Source of the DNA: Lama guanicoe
Taxonomy: Eukaryota
Length of the DNA: 64,000 nt
Assembly: GCA_013239625.1 (NCBI GenBank)
Contig: MU054187.1
Location: 10,251,231-10,315,230, forward strand
Direction: 5' to 3'
Within the stretch, counting starts at the first letter, position 1, and the number at the start of each line of letters is the position of its first letter. The position numbers and the translations under genes are program-made. Below the pieces are notes generated by a model, which saw nothing but the letters and a program-made list of their open reading frames with translations, was not told the origin of the DNA and searched no databases. This document shows, piece after piece, positions 24,826 through 37,904 of the stretch.

Positions 24826-26169
24826 ACAGTAATTGTACTTATTTGGCTTTTTTTTTTCTTTAAGGAATGAGATAAGGAAAAACCAATAGAATAACTAAAT
24901 TTACTGTTAAAGTCTTCATGGGTGGGAAAACACATATTGACATTCCTTCTTTCCTCCCTGAATACCATTCTTTAAAACACCCCTTTAGTTTTGATGGCAG
25001 CTCAAAAAACTCTGTGCTTTCAGAAGGGAAGGTTTACAGTACTCAGTGGCTAAGACTCAGCTCACATCGGCGAGAAAAATAGGATAATTTAAAATATTTG
25101 CTGAATTTTCTGAAAGCTTGTGTCTTGTCGAAGAGTGAATAATAGGATGTTCACTTATTTAAAAAAAAAACCTCATGCATGAGCCCAAAATAATCCATTA
25201 AGTATTCTCATCTGGAAAAATTAATGTTCACCTGTAGATTCAATATTAAAAAAGTCTGAGCTGTATTTCCTCTGTTGAAAGATTGTGTTTTGATGCACAT
25301 GAAGAATTTCATTAAAAGCAATAAATAAGAGACAACCTGGCAGAGAATACTCTAGAGAGCTAAATGGAGTCTCCCGTCTCTGGTCATGGTTCATAGCTGC
25401 AAATATAAAGTACTCACAACATGAAGAAGCTCCCTGTGGCAGTTTGCTCAGGACATGAAGATTTAGACTTCACTCCTGGATTAACATTAGGCAGAAGTAA
25501 TGACTTTCTTCTTCTTTGGTTTTTTTTTTTTCTGCTACAGTTATTTTAATAGGAGAGAAAAGAAAATCACAGTCTTGAAAAGCCTTACTGATCTACTTCA
25601 CTTTATAACAGAAATTTTCTCCAGAGCCTGAATGCCTACCAAGGTGTCTCATAGGTAATGGAGGATCAATAAGTGTCTGCTGAATTGAATTGAAATTGGC
25701 TTTCTGTAAACTGCCATCTTCTGAATTGCTGAAACTGGCTTCCATTCTAAGGTTTGAAAATTTCCCCTTCTCCCATTGGCACAGGTCAGAGAGGGAAAAA
25801 GCAATAGAATGTAACCTTGCCATTAAATTAATTTCTTACAGTGAGATGTTAGCTTCACTGTGTCTCAAGGACTTGCTATATACTATTGTCAAATCATTAT
25901 TTGGCAAGTCCTTTCTGTGGTGTTTAGGAGTAGAACTCAATCTGAGAAAATTGTTCCTACAAGGGAGAATAAACCGTTTATCCGACAGATTATCTATATA
26001 GCAATTATTCCCTGCAAGTCCCTGGTGGGGAGGAAAAAGGAAAGGAGTTACAAGGCATAAGGGAAGAACTTTCAGAGATGTATAGCCTAGTTGGGTACAA
26101 AATGCATAAATAATGCCTTATATTATTTTTGTGACATAAGGTAGCGTGTGAAAACGTTTTAGAAATTAT

Positions 26170-26310
26170 GCAGAAAATGAAACCCAGCAGGACCCCGTGG
26201 AGCCTTCCCCGGGACAGAACCCTGTGTCCCCCTCCTCTCATCCGTAGACAAGTTTTAGCCTCCTAGGTCTTCCCCAAGTTTGGAAGAGCAAATTTAATCA
26301 GAGAAGTGTC
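26170..26310 (+). mobile_element. Truncated artiodactyl-type ERV LTR (5' part)
   Basis: 'aaacccagcaggaccccgtggagccttcccc...tgtgtccccc...ttagcctcctaggtcttcccc...gagcaaatttaatcagagaag' resembles ruminant/camelid LTR U3 starts as recalled. Confidence 0.5.
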
Positions 26311-29300
26311 TTTAGAGTTCATTTTCTGGGGGACTTTGACCTGTGACATAACTTACCCCTAGCTTTCTAGCAGACAAAATGCAAATTCTTTCTAGAGGAA
26401 ACCATCTTAAAACCTGTTCAGTTGTCTTTCCTAGATTGCACTGAGGGTTAGAGGGATGCGTGCTGGGGGTAATTTGTACACAAGGGACAACCTGCAGGGG
26501 TCAGAGTGGGGAATAATCTTGCAGGCTCCTACAAGCCAAAGCCTCTAGAAGAATATTCTGAGGATGCAGATTTTCAACATTTAACAGTGGCTCAGGAGTA
26601 AGTTGAATGAAGAATAATCGGTGAGGGGATGTTAATATTAGCAGTCTAAAATTAACCATCAGAAGCCAAAGAGTCAAAGAATTGTCAGCTATGTTCAAAG
26701 GCAAAATCTAAAATGTACTTCTGTTCTTTGTCTCCCCAAAAGGAATTTACATGACGCTTAGTGGCTTTGTGATTATATAAAGGTCTTTACTTTGCAGTAG
26801 CACCTTGTACGGGCGGCATTTCTTAGTGTCTTCTTGCCAGGTACTCAGTTTTCCCCACTGAGTGGATAACATGTGCATGGTGTAGACTTTTTGCTATTTG
26901 AATGACCAGATCCCGGGAAGAAACACAGATCTAAAATGTTACGAGATTCTGGAAGTCTGGACTAGCGGAGGTTTCCTGGAATGTGAATGGCTTTATTCGT
27001 ATCGTGCGGCACGGAATATGAAAGGAGGTGAGGGCTCCTGATGGCAAACATCAGAGACCTCAACCCCCGCACTGGCTTCCCTCCTGCCCCACACTGCACA
27101 CCTCTCCCTCTTGTAATAATAATAATGTGGGTTGGAGCAGAATTGAGGGCAGCTGATGAAGAGTTTGGTACAGGACAGATGCCAACCTTCTGTGACAATG
27201 TCCTTCTCCAAGTGAGGCTCAAAACAGCTCTGTGGGCATCGCTGTATTACTCTGATGCCTCTACAATGGCCTCTTCCTTTTCTACACTACCGTGGCCTCA
27301 AGGGCTTACAGCGATAGGTGGCCAGATCCGTCTAATTTTCTGTTTCTGCACTTGAGACTCTAGTACTGGCTTTTTAAAAATCACTTGCTGTGAAACTCAA
27401 GGGAAATGATTTCACCTTTGCGATCTTTCTGTAAGACATGGAGAATGCTGCCCTTCATTAGAGAACTGCCAGTAGGATCAAATCAGGTGACAGGGAGCCA
27501 TTCTCTGAATGTCATAAAGTTATACAATGGTAGAGAATTATTGTTTAATATCTCCAACACCTGAAATGGTCTGGAGTGTTTCCACTGTGCAGTCTTTTCA
27601 ACCATGCAGTCTTCTCAATGTGCCTGAGGTTTCTTTGTTGCAACGGAAATTCTTATTGCAGTGATATAAGTTGATCATTCTAGAAAGCAGAGCACTAAGA
27701 TGCTCCTACTTTATAAAATTAGATACTGGGGAAAAAGCGTATGCAAGTCTTTTGGCTGCCATCATTCGAGTAGAATAGCAGTTAAATCCCTGATAACAGG
27801 GATCCGACCCTACTGTTAGCTTGGTTTCTGCAATTTCACTTGCTCTAATGAGCTGAAGAGAGGGAATGCCTCCTGTGAAATACGTAACAGTTACGAGGCA
27901 GGAGAAGTGGATTTTGATGAGATGACATGAGGATATATATCCCTCTTGAGATTAATTCTGAAACCTCATTATTTTGGCCATGAAAAAAACATTTAAAGTC
28001 CTTACTCTAAACTGCTTAAACATAACATTTTATTCTGCCAGAATTCTTTTGTTCTGCATTAAACAGGATCCACGGAGAAAAGCGAGTGAGCCCTCCTCTC
28101 AGTCTCATCTTGTGGGAGATCACACAGGCTGGCTCTGATGCCCATTCACAAGTTCCCGGAAAAGCTGGAAATGACAGGGAGGTCCAGTGTGTGGCTCTCT
28201 GTGATGGCATCGTTAAAAAGCAGCGTTTAATCTCTGCAATCCCCGACTTTAAAACCACTGCCATTGTGTGAGTCGGAAGACATGGCGATAGGGCTGAGGA
28301 GGTCCCGGCGGCAAAGATACAAGGAAGTATCTGAAAAGAATTCTTAAAAACATAAAAAAAATCTCTTTGTACAGAACCTTTCCCTTAGTTTATCCTTGGC
28401 TCTGTTTTCCCTGAGGGTATTTCTTATCCGGCTCCCTTCCTGGACATAAAACACTTGGTATTGGTATTACCGTAGGGCTTATGGGTTTGGGTGTGTGCTG
28501 GAATCCTCCTCGTCCGAGTCTCTGTGGGAACAGAGAAGCACACGAGGGAAGGCAGTTGGAGGAACGATCACTACTCCTCTTCATTTAGTCTTGTCTCCTT
28601 CCCCGACCCTGCGTGGGGTTGGGTGGGGGGGACATCTGGAAGAGAAGGGCTGGTGGAGCTGATGTTTTTCTCATCTTCGCATCCCTGACTTCAGAAACCG
28701 TTCCACTTCCCTATGAAACCCATCACTCTGAATCAACACTGTTGGTTTGAAGTGGTTTCTGTCCCAGACATTTCTATTTCCAGGATCCCAATCTTCCTCT
28801 CCAAATACCCCCACAAATGCCAGGGAACAGGAAACACGGATCAGTGCTGATCAGCCCCAAATCTAACTTCTTTACAGTTTAGTGCTCGTAGAGCACACAT
28901 CGTGACAAACAACCCAGGGGACTCCAGGGGATGTGACCACCCTGTGATGCCCGGTTGTAAACCTGACATCATGCCGTCTGTTTGGAGTGAGAGAAAAACA
29001 CTTGAATTCAGGCCATTAAAACAGGTTTCATGGTTTGGCTCATTTGCTTTAGCCTCCCTGATGCCTGGTCACCTATAAAACGGAGAAACTTCACGTAAGT
29101 AACAGGGCCTTGGGAGGGCTGGTGAGGGCGGAAATGAAGGCTCTTGATAAAACAGCCAAATGTCATATAATAATGAGGTTCTGTCTGGGCCTATGGCCCT
29201 TGGGATTTTGAGGATGGTCTTTATGGGTTTGGGGGTGTTCCTTAATGGTCCAGAACAGAGCACCGGAGCCAAACAGACGTGACCCTGCACTTGGTTCTCT

Positions 29301-30559
29301 GAATCTATGCAAAGTGTTTCCAAGTAGTTTGGCCTCGAAGATTGAGCTGGGGAACCTGAGGCAATGGGGTGCCATTTCCTTTCATCTCAAATATAAAACC
29401 AAGCAATGAAGACTACTGCTTCGCCTTCCACATGGATCTCCCATCTCCCCGCCTCTTATCACTAGATTTATTTTGCTTAAATATTTGGCACCTCCAGGTT
29501 CAGACCATGGGTCGGAAGAGCATGGATGATAATGGCTCTGAAGGTTACAAACGCCAGGTAAGGAAGACACCAAGAGGGGAACGATCTGGGGATACAGAGA
29601 GGCCAAAAACACAGGTGTCACCTTCCATTTCCCTCCAGAAAAAAAAAGTAAATAAAACAAAACAAACTAAAAAGAGAACATTTAAAGATATTTGATGATA
29701 GGAAGTCACAGGGGTTAAAAAAAAAAATCCTCAAGTCCTTTGTGTTGACAGACTTGTGATTGTGTTGGAATCAACCATTGTCTATCTCTGGGAAATAATC
29801 CCATGTTGCCGGGGAATAAAAGTAACCAAAGAATTGTTAAATAGGACAAAAAAGTAAAAAACCAACCAGCCAACCAGCACCTGCATAATGTATCTACCAG
29901 TTAAACAATGATCCTCCTATACTTTTTCAAAAAGGTAAGACGTATCAGAAGTGCTGGTTCTGTAAGTCGACAGCAAAGATCATTGTTCCTCCCCTGTCGT
30001 CCTTCCTAAGGGTAGAGGCTCCGTCCACACCTGATGCACTGTGTTCACTGGTGTTTCCAGCAACCAGCCCCACCCCTGGTTCATTGTCAGGAGATATTTG
30101 GTGCATCAAAGTTTCTTTAAATCTTGGAGGTTCTAAAGTTTTTATGTTATTGTTTTTAGGTGGAATAGTGGTCACACCCAGGATGGCTGCAGTATTCCAT
30201 GCACCCTACCTCCCCTTCCACCTGTCTTTCCGTCCTGCCTTCACACAAGCGCTCCCTCATGGCTCAGCTGGTTCCCCTGGTGGACCCCCAACTCCACTTT
30301 CTCCTCAGGCCAATGTGCTCTCTCTGCTGCCACCAGTAGGGTCTTTGTGAAACGTAAATCTGACTGTGAATTCATTAATGCAGAATTTACTGAGTTCCTG
30401 TGGGCTGCTAGCCTCCGCTCTAGGTTGTGAAGACCCCATCCACAACTTTCCATCACACAGGGAACTGCGTGGGAACCAGTGTTCTCTCCTCCTGGCTTCC
30501 TCATCCATCTCACTTTTGAGCTACACCAGAGTCCTTCCATTTCTTGAGCGCGGTGTGGA

Positions 30560-30950
30560 CTCAACCCCTCTTGACTTTGTTGTTCCCCTGGCAGTGAAAA
30601 CCCTTCCCCACCTCCTTGATCTGAAGCATCCCATTCATCCTGTAACGCCCAGCTAAGGGGCTTTTCTGTAAATGCTTCTCTGACCTCTTTTCCTGTCTAA
30701 CCTGGAGTGAGGGCACCACTGTACGCCGTGTCTCCCCCAGGTGCCACGGCACTTCCAGCCCGTGCTTGTGCGTTACATTTGAGTCTTGCGTGTGCGTTAA
30801 TTACACATGCAGCATTGGACTGTAACACGTTCTTTCCTTGGCTGTCTCGCTGGCTGCAGTGCCAGCTTCTAGGGTCAGGCATTAGTTCTAGCTCACCCTG
30901 GCACGCCCAGCACCTAGTGAGGTATGCAACACTCGCTGTTAAAGAAATAG
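30560..30950 (+). mobile_element. L2 3' region fragment
   Basis: 'tgttcccctggcagtgaaaacccttcccc...cccagct...cttctctgacc...cccagcacctag'. Confidence 0.45.
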
Positions 30951-31030
30951 CAATGTCGGCATAACTCATACATCAGATTTCCCTGTGGATCAGCCTCCTG
31001 CACCTGCCTCTAAATGTCATTTCTCAGGGC

Positions 31031-31062
31031 CTCACTCCCTTCTCACTCCCTTCTCACTCCCC
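31031..31062. repeat. 11-bp tandem repeat (ctcactccctt) x~2.9
   Basis: ctcactccctt ctcactccctt ctcactcccc seen directly. Confidence 0.9.
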
Positions 31063-31094
31063 AGCTCCTTCCCGAGGCAACCTCACCTAGTCCC

Positions 31095-31720
31095 GTCACT
31101 CCGACATGCCTATAGACTGATGATTCCCCCAAATTGATCTCTGCATCAATTCTCTCTTACCAGTTCCTGCTCACATATCTGGCTGTATATCTAGTTATCT
31201 CTTCCTGGGTGTTTCCCAGACATCTCAGACGTAACATCCAACAATGACGTTAATCTTTCCCTCAAATCCACGTCTCCATTTTGTTAGGTGGTACTAAAAA
31301 CGCCCCTCTCCAAGCCAGAAGCCATCCATTACCAAGTCTCATCCATTCTCCTTTTAATACAGATCTTGACTCTTTCTTGCTCTCTTCCCTCCACTGCTCC
31401 CCCGTCTCTGTCTTGTCTGCATTCTCAGCCTCCTAACCGGTCTGTTACCATCTTGCTCCCCTTCAAATGGCTCTCCACAAAGCCGGCAAACCAATTTTTG
31501 AATAATGCAGATGGCATTCTGTCCCTCTTTGCTTTAAACTCTTCAGTACATTTCCACTTACAGAAAAGCAAAATTCACAAAATCTTAGCATGACCTGCAA
31601 AACCCTGTCCCAACTGGCCTCTGCCCTTCCTCTCCAGGCTCCTCCTGCACCCCCCACACCTCGCTCTTTATGCTTCAGACATCCAGGCTTTACTTTTTGC
31701 ACTTAATAGCCTAGGATTCT
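31095..31720 (+). mobile_element. L2 fragment (ORF2 C-terminal region)
   Basis: 'gactgatgattcccccaaatt...cagacatctcagacgtaacatcc...cagcctcctaaccggtct...ttagcatgacctgcaaaaccctg'. Confidence 0.65.
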
Positions 31721-32617
31721 CCCTGCCACATGGAAGCAGATGTGTAATAGAGTTCAAATTCAGATTATACCAGTTATCAGGGGATGCTGAGATCCCCTGA
31801 TTAGATTGTGACTGACAGTCATCACTCAAACTAAAGAAATTGCTAATTAAGGTACAAGGCAATGCGATACATGTGTAACTGAGCACTACCTAAGGTGGGG
31901 AAGGAGTCTACCAGCCTATTTATTTCAATTAAAATTAGCTGAGTCACTGAGGATCTAGTTTATCTTGGAAAAAAATGAGATCGATTAAGTTATAATGGCT
32001 GTTCTAAGACTGATACTTCTTTCTCCTCTGATGCACACTAAAAAAAAAATTATCACTTTTTTTTCCCATTTTCTTTCAGAGAGTCTCTTGGCACCTGGAT
32101 TATTATTGAAAATATATTATCTATTGGAGAACTTTGAATCTACACTTTAATAAACTACAAACCTAATTATATTTGTAAAGCTGCCCCGAGGTCCTTCTCT
32201 ACATTTCAACAAGGTATTCAACCAGCTGAAAGCGAGAAGCAAGACTTCACATTACCAAAACTGTCCTATTCATGAATTCCACAAAAACAATTTATTTTCA
32301 CATTTATCATCAGTAATAAATAAATCATGCTGTTATCCGGATGCAAAGCACATTTTATGATACATCGCCTTTTTCTTTTCATTGCATTTCTTTTATTACT
32401 GGGAGATTTTCCCCAGTGATAAGCCAAGATGATCTTCAAGAAAATGAATTGGAAAAGATAGCAACCTTTAAAATATCATTTCCCTCTACTGTGGAAAAGT
32501 TCCATTGCTGCTGTCAGTGTTTTAATAATCCAGGTAGAAAGTGGTTATCGAGAATTGGTAATTTCAAATCTAGCTCAGGGTCAGCAAAACCAAAATGATT
32601 TTATTAGTTATACAGGC

Positions 32618-32800
32618 AGTGGAGCATAACGGAAGGGCTTTGGAGGCTGGGTTCAGAAAACCTAAGTTGAATCCCACAGCAATATAAATTTGGGAAGATG
32701 ACTTCTCTGAGCCTCGGGTTTCTCTGAAGAAGTAGGGTGGTGAGGTTTAGATGATCTTAACTGCCAGTGTCGTGTTGGGCACATAGCAAGGGTTAAAAAT
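32618..32800 (+). mobile_element. MIR SINE (diverged)
   Basis: 'gggctttggagg...cctaagttgaatccc...acttctctgagcctcgggtttc...ggcacatagcaag'. Confidence 0.6.
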
Positions 32801-33194
32801 TGCAGTTCAGTGAATTGTAATGACGGAACACTCTCTGCCCTCTCCTGATCTTATGTGCAGCAGCAAATGCCAGGCTGCCTTTGGTGTTCATAGCATTGTA
32901 CAGTTGCAATGGATATGGTGACTTGATGCCATTAGCTTCCCAGAGCATGTGGGTTTTCTGGGAAGGTTGGGTTTATTTTGTCACATTTCACTTGAGAATT
33001 TAGTGATCTTGGCATGACTACTATTGCCAGTAATCTGAATTAACATGCTTTGGTTGCCACAGAATTCTGGAACCACAGTGGACGTACACAGCTTCCACAT
33101 AATATAATCCCATCCTAAAGCGAGAGAGCTTTTTGTATAGCGGTATGATTTCTAACCATTCTAGGGAGCAAACACTAGTTCACTCTTTTACTTA

Positions 33195-33752
33195 GTAATT
33201 TATTCAAGACTTCATTCAGGTACCACACGCCACACACTGTTCTAAGGAAAGAGGAAACAGCCATGGTCAAAAATTTTTAAAAATCTCTAACCTCTGTTGG
33301 TGAGGAAATACTCAGACATAATAAGGAAGTAAACCATCCAGTCTGCAAGACGGTGAAGACCACTCTGGGGAGCAGGAGGCGGGGGAGCTTTAGAAGGAGT
33401 CCCAGAGGGGGGGCTACAAATTTTAAATATGGTGGTCAAGGCAAGTGTAAGTGAGGAGGTGACACTTGAGTGAAGACGTGATGGAGATTAATGAGAAAGC
33501 CATGTGGGCCCCTGTGGGAGAAATGCTCCAGGCAAAGCAAGGCAAAATGCAAAGGCTGAGATGTGAGAGGGTGCTTGGTGATGAATGAATAATGAGGAGC
33601 CCAGTGTGACTGGAAGGAGTGAGCCAGGGGGAACAGAAGGAGGCATCAGAGAGGCAGGTCCCTGAAGGCCATTGGAAGGACTGGCTTTTAATCTGAAGCA
33701 GAGGGGACATGACCAGAGGGTTTTAAGCAGAGGAATGGTATGATCTGAGTGG
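33195..33752 (-). mobile_element. L2 (L2a-like) 3' portion
   Basis: 'gtggtcaaggcaag...gaggaggtgacacttgagtgaagac...caaaatgcaaaggctgag...gagggttttaagcagaggaatggtatgatctga'. Confidence 0.8.
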
Positions 33753-34082
33753 AGCAAAGGGATTTCTTTAAAAGTTATCCTTTTCAGGCTGCAGGAAGCA
33801 CCTTACTCCTATGGTTTTTGCAGCCCACCTTAGGGACTGGCCCCCCTAACTGGACCCCTCAAAGCTCAAGCATCCAATGAGCCCTTTGGGACCCACGGAA
33901 ACTTCACATCACCATGACCCATCCCAACACGAAGACTCCTCTATTACAGCATAAGAGAATCCGGGGTAAATCTACAAGCGTTTTTAGCTATAATAATTAT
34001 GTAGCACAGGGAATACATTCTAAACATTTCTGAGACATGGGAAAACTGAAACAGAGCAAGTAAGGGTAGAGAGAAAAAACAC

Positions 34083-34316
34083 CAACTGCCTGTATCCCCT
34101 CCTCCCCAGCCCCTAGCAACCACCATTCTACTTCTTGCCTCTACGAATCTGACTGCTCTAGGAGTTTCATCTAAGAAGAATCATACAAAGTCCGTCTTTT
34201 TGTGCCTGGCTTATTTTACTTCAGCAAAATGCCTTCAAGTTTCATCCATTTTGTAGCATGTGTCAGAAATTCATTCCTTTTTAGGGCTGAATAATATTCC
34301 ATTGTATGAATATACT
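34083..34316 (-). mobile_element. L1 3' UTR fragment (L1MB-like)
   Basis: 'ccccagcccctagcaaccaccattctactt...ggcttattttactt...gctgaataatattccattgtatg'. Confidence 0.85.
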
Positions 34317-36450
34317 CAAACCCTTTTAACTTCTACTCCTTCAGCATAGCATCACCATCTTGGACATTCCTTCATCCCTTTGGGTCACTACAGCTTCCTC
34401 AGGCAATGATTTTGAGGAGGGACTTGGAGGAGGCAGGTAGTTGGGGCCAGGGGGCCAGAGGAGTTCCACTCTCCCCTCTGACAGGAGGGAGGTTCAGGGT
34501 GGCTGGCACTATAGAGAAGTTTAGAGTCAAAGATAGGAGCATGTGAGAAAATGATCTCTTGGTGGCTTCTATGTCTTCTTGGAGTATGAGGGGGAAGTTC
34601 ATCTACAAGAATGCAGGAGGTGACCAGAAACCAACAACCTCCTGGGGCAGTCCATCCCAATTCTATCTCCGTCTTGGGTACCGGCACTAATTTCTCAGTT
34701 TTGTGGAACAAAGTTATAACTGGTGATGTTACTCTAAAAAAATGAGATCCCAGACTACACAGTTATTCTAAAGGAGTGAACATTTACTCCTGCATCTGAT
34801 GACTTATTGCTTGTTTGGTCCTTAAGATAAAGTATTTTGTTGTGTTATCTTAATGTGTGTCTCAAGGGGACACAAGGCTCTGCAGTGAGCACGTTGGAAA
34901 GTTACTGGATGTCAGTAACACAGAGGCACATCTCTCCTCTCCTCCACTTATCCTCAGAAGGAATCAGTTTCCTGACAACTCTCAATTAGAGCTGAGTTAC
35001 CCTGAGGTGAGAGGAACAGGCAGCAGGAGAATGATGGGAGGAAAGAGAACTTGTGCAGTCAGACGGCTCTCCTCTGAGAAGGGGCCTAGTGAGGCTGGTG
35101 GCCACTGCTGGTGACAAAGCTTCCCCTTAGACCTCTCCAGACGGAGCAGTTGCAGCTCCCTATTACCTGCCCTTCCTATGAAAAGTTCTCTATTCGGAAC
35201 CTGAAAAATAAAACCCAATGTATACACTGCACTGCCTCAGAGAAAAAAAGCTCTAAATCTCAAGGCAAATATAAAACAGAGATGAAATAATAATTGAAAA
35301 CAAGTGAAGATCATTTTTCAGTTACAACATGTAGGCACAGTTGATTTGGTTAAGCCTGGATAGTATAACACTCAGCCTATTATTAGCCAGTTGTAAGAGC
35401 CATCCAGCTGGCCTCTTTGAACTGCTGGATGTAGGTACAGTCTTTATAAATGACACGGAAAGCCTCCAACATAATGTTGTGGGCTATTCAGCAATACATT
35501 AGTTAAGACTCACTGTCTAGGTAGAAACACAGGTTATGAGATGCAAGTAATGGACTCAAAATAAGGAAGAGGAAAGGGCCTTTACAGGAAGAACGCTGGG
35601 TTGTCCCATAGAATTTAAGGAAAGGTTGAGCAGCCAAGACTTGGCTAGAACAGAAACCAGGGCTCCTTTAAAGTTCTCATTCCAGAAGTTCACAGACTAC
35701 AACTGATGGTCCTACTGTTGACAGAATTCAGTTCCTAAGCTGGCATGTTCCCAGTTCATACGGTCAGCGGAAATGAAGACTGTCACACGTCACTCCACAC
35801 TCCAAGGTCAGAAAGTCTGATTCAGTGGTTTCAAGTCAGATGTCAACCCTGACCTCCCCTAACGTTTGATGGGCCTGGGTGAAGAGGGTAAAGGAGACCC
35901 CTCCCATCCAAAATCTGTAAATATTAAAAGTCATAAATCAAGATAATAAGAGGATAAAATGTCCTCTCCTCTTCCCACAACAGGCATACCTTCCCAACAG
36001 CCTGGAGGTCCAGGTTCAAATGTACAATTCTAAGATGCCGTGGGGTGCCGTGCCCACCCACAGCAGCACAAAGAGAGTTGACCCCTAGCCTGCTGCCTTC
36101 TCCTACTCCTGCCTCACGGGTACCCCAGTCTGCAGAACCACGCTCCACATGCAGCCTACACAAATACATGCCCTTCCTACCACTTGGGTGTTGGGCTGGC
36201 AAAGCTTATGCAGGCCCTAGAGGTGGGATGGAGGCAGTTTGAGCATGAATTCCAGGGTCCTGGATTCCCAAAACAGTCAATGGAAAGGGTACACTCTGAG
36301 TAGGATGAGGGTGCAGTTGGATGAGGTCCAGAGCATGACACCCAGTGGAGGGGTCCCTCTCAGCCGGGAATTAAGATATAACACCAGCCGTCATATCAGG
36401 AGATACTATGACTCTGGTTGTAGTTGGGTAACTACGGACGCATCCTGTCA

Positions 36451-36520
36451 CATGTTAAAAAACAGAAAAGGAGCCTTACACTCAACATGTTAAAAAACAG
36501 AAAAGGAGCCTTACACTCAA
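36451..36520. repeat. Perfect 35-bp tandem duplication
   Basis: catgttaaaaaacagaaaaggagccttacactcaa at 36451-36485 and 36486-36520, identical. Confidence 0.97.
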
Positions 36521-37339
36521 CCACTTGGCGTATTGCACACTAAACCCCAAATCCCACCCAGCAAGCGGGAAAACAGAAAGAAAATGATCATAGTAACACA
36601 ATACATCCTACGCAATTTACCTCCTAATTTCTGAAGTAAAAACTGCTTGTTCTGCCAAGAAAGCTCAGCAAAGGTTTCACTTTTAAAGGTCAAACAGACC
36701 ATCAGTGCCATTTTTGTGGCTTTGTTTTACAAGATCTTTATTTCTTCTCAGGGAAACTAAACAAAACCAGATACCACAACACCTGAAAACAATTCCGGTG
36801 AAAAGTGTGCCAAGCTTTTATTCCATTACTTTCTCTTCTGGATTCCTTAATAGGCATGTCTGTGTACAGCTGAGATCTTCAGGACTGCACATGACTGATT
36901 CTCTGTATGCAGTTGTAATTTCCTATTTTCTGCCCTCAGTTTCCACTGCTGACATTGAATACCATGACACCAGCAGGATGAAAAAGCTGACATAGGAACA
37001 GATCTCTCAAGAAACCGTCAGGATAAATATCTCCAACTATGGAGACAGGAAAAATGGAAAATACAGTTGGTAGAAAACTACTTTGAAAATATTTTTACAA
37101 TTATGAACGAATCTTTTCGAATTAATCACGTATACTGTGGTTTCTCATTGCCTAAACAACAAAGTCCAAATTTATTGAGATTTTCACCTTTCTGGTTTTC
37201 TTGCTTCTTTATAGCCTCTCGTACATACATTTTCTTTCCAAAGCTCTGTGTTCAAATGCACCATTCTTCTTGTTCTAAAACTTCCAGTGGGGCTCTGTTT
37301 GCTAAAGCAATAAGTCTCAAGCGTGCAGGCAATAAAGTT

Positions 37340-37570
37340 TGAATATGAGCTTTAGAATCCAAAAAACTTGGGTCTGAGTTCCAGTTCTGCCACTGACAAG
37401 CTATGTGATTCTGGACATGTTACTTAACCTTTCTAGTCCCCAGTTTCCTCATCTGTAAAATGAAAAGAACAGTGCCTATCTTATTGGGCTGTGGTAGATG
37501 TTAGAAGAATTAATACAGATAAACTCTTCTGGCAGTACCTGCCAAGTGCTAAACCTCCCATCGGTCATTA
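37340..37570 (+). mobile_element. MIR SINE
   Basis: 'gctttagaatcc...tctgccactgacaagctatgtgattctggacatgttacttaacct...cagtttcctcatctgtaaaatg'. Confidence 0.9.
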
Positions 37571-37708
37571 ACGGAATATATGTGTCCTCTTAGAGTTTGT
37601 TGCCCTCACCCCTCCCTACAGGCTCATGTCTTCTTGTTCCCAGTCTTATAACTTGCACTTCAGAACTACTGACCTACTCAGAGTTCTGTGAATATGCGAT
37701 ACTGGTTA

Positions 37709-37793
37709 TTTTTTTTTTTTTTTGGCTTATGGCTTCCTTTGCTTATAAGTTTAATTAGGTCCCACTTGTTTATTTTTGCTTTTATATCTATTG
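37709..37793 (-). mobile_element. Short L1 ORF2-internal fragment ending in poly(A)
   Basis: Minus strand: 'aaaagcaaaaataaacaagtgggacctaattaaacttataagcaaaggaagccataagcc' followed by A15. The homologous segment is visible in the longer L1 at ~40950-41015. Confidence 0.75.
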
Positions 37794-37904
37794 ACACGGT
37801 GCTATTCTGCACATACAGAAAGCTCCACAATATCTGAGTTCAGCTGGCACTGATCATGCACAAATTTTTTTTACGTATTTACATATTATCAAAATCATCC
37901 TCTT

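Noticed and set aside
35001..35200. Possible cryptic minus-strand exon (ttttatttttcag acceptor, gtaact donor)
   Set aside because: Weak donor, 200 nt frameshifting length and no similarity to a carboxypeptidase; such pairs are common in long introns.
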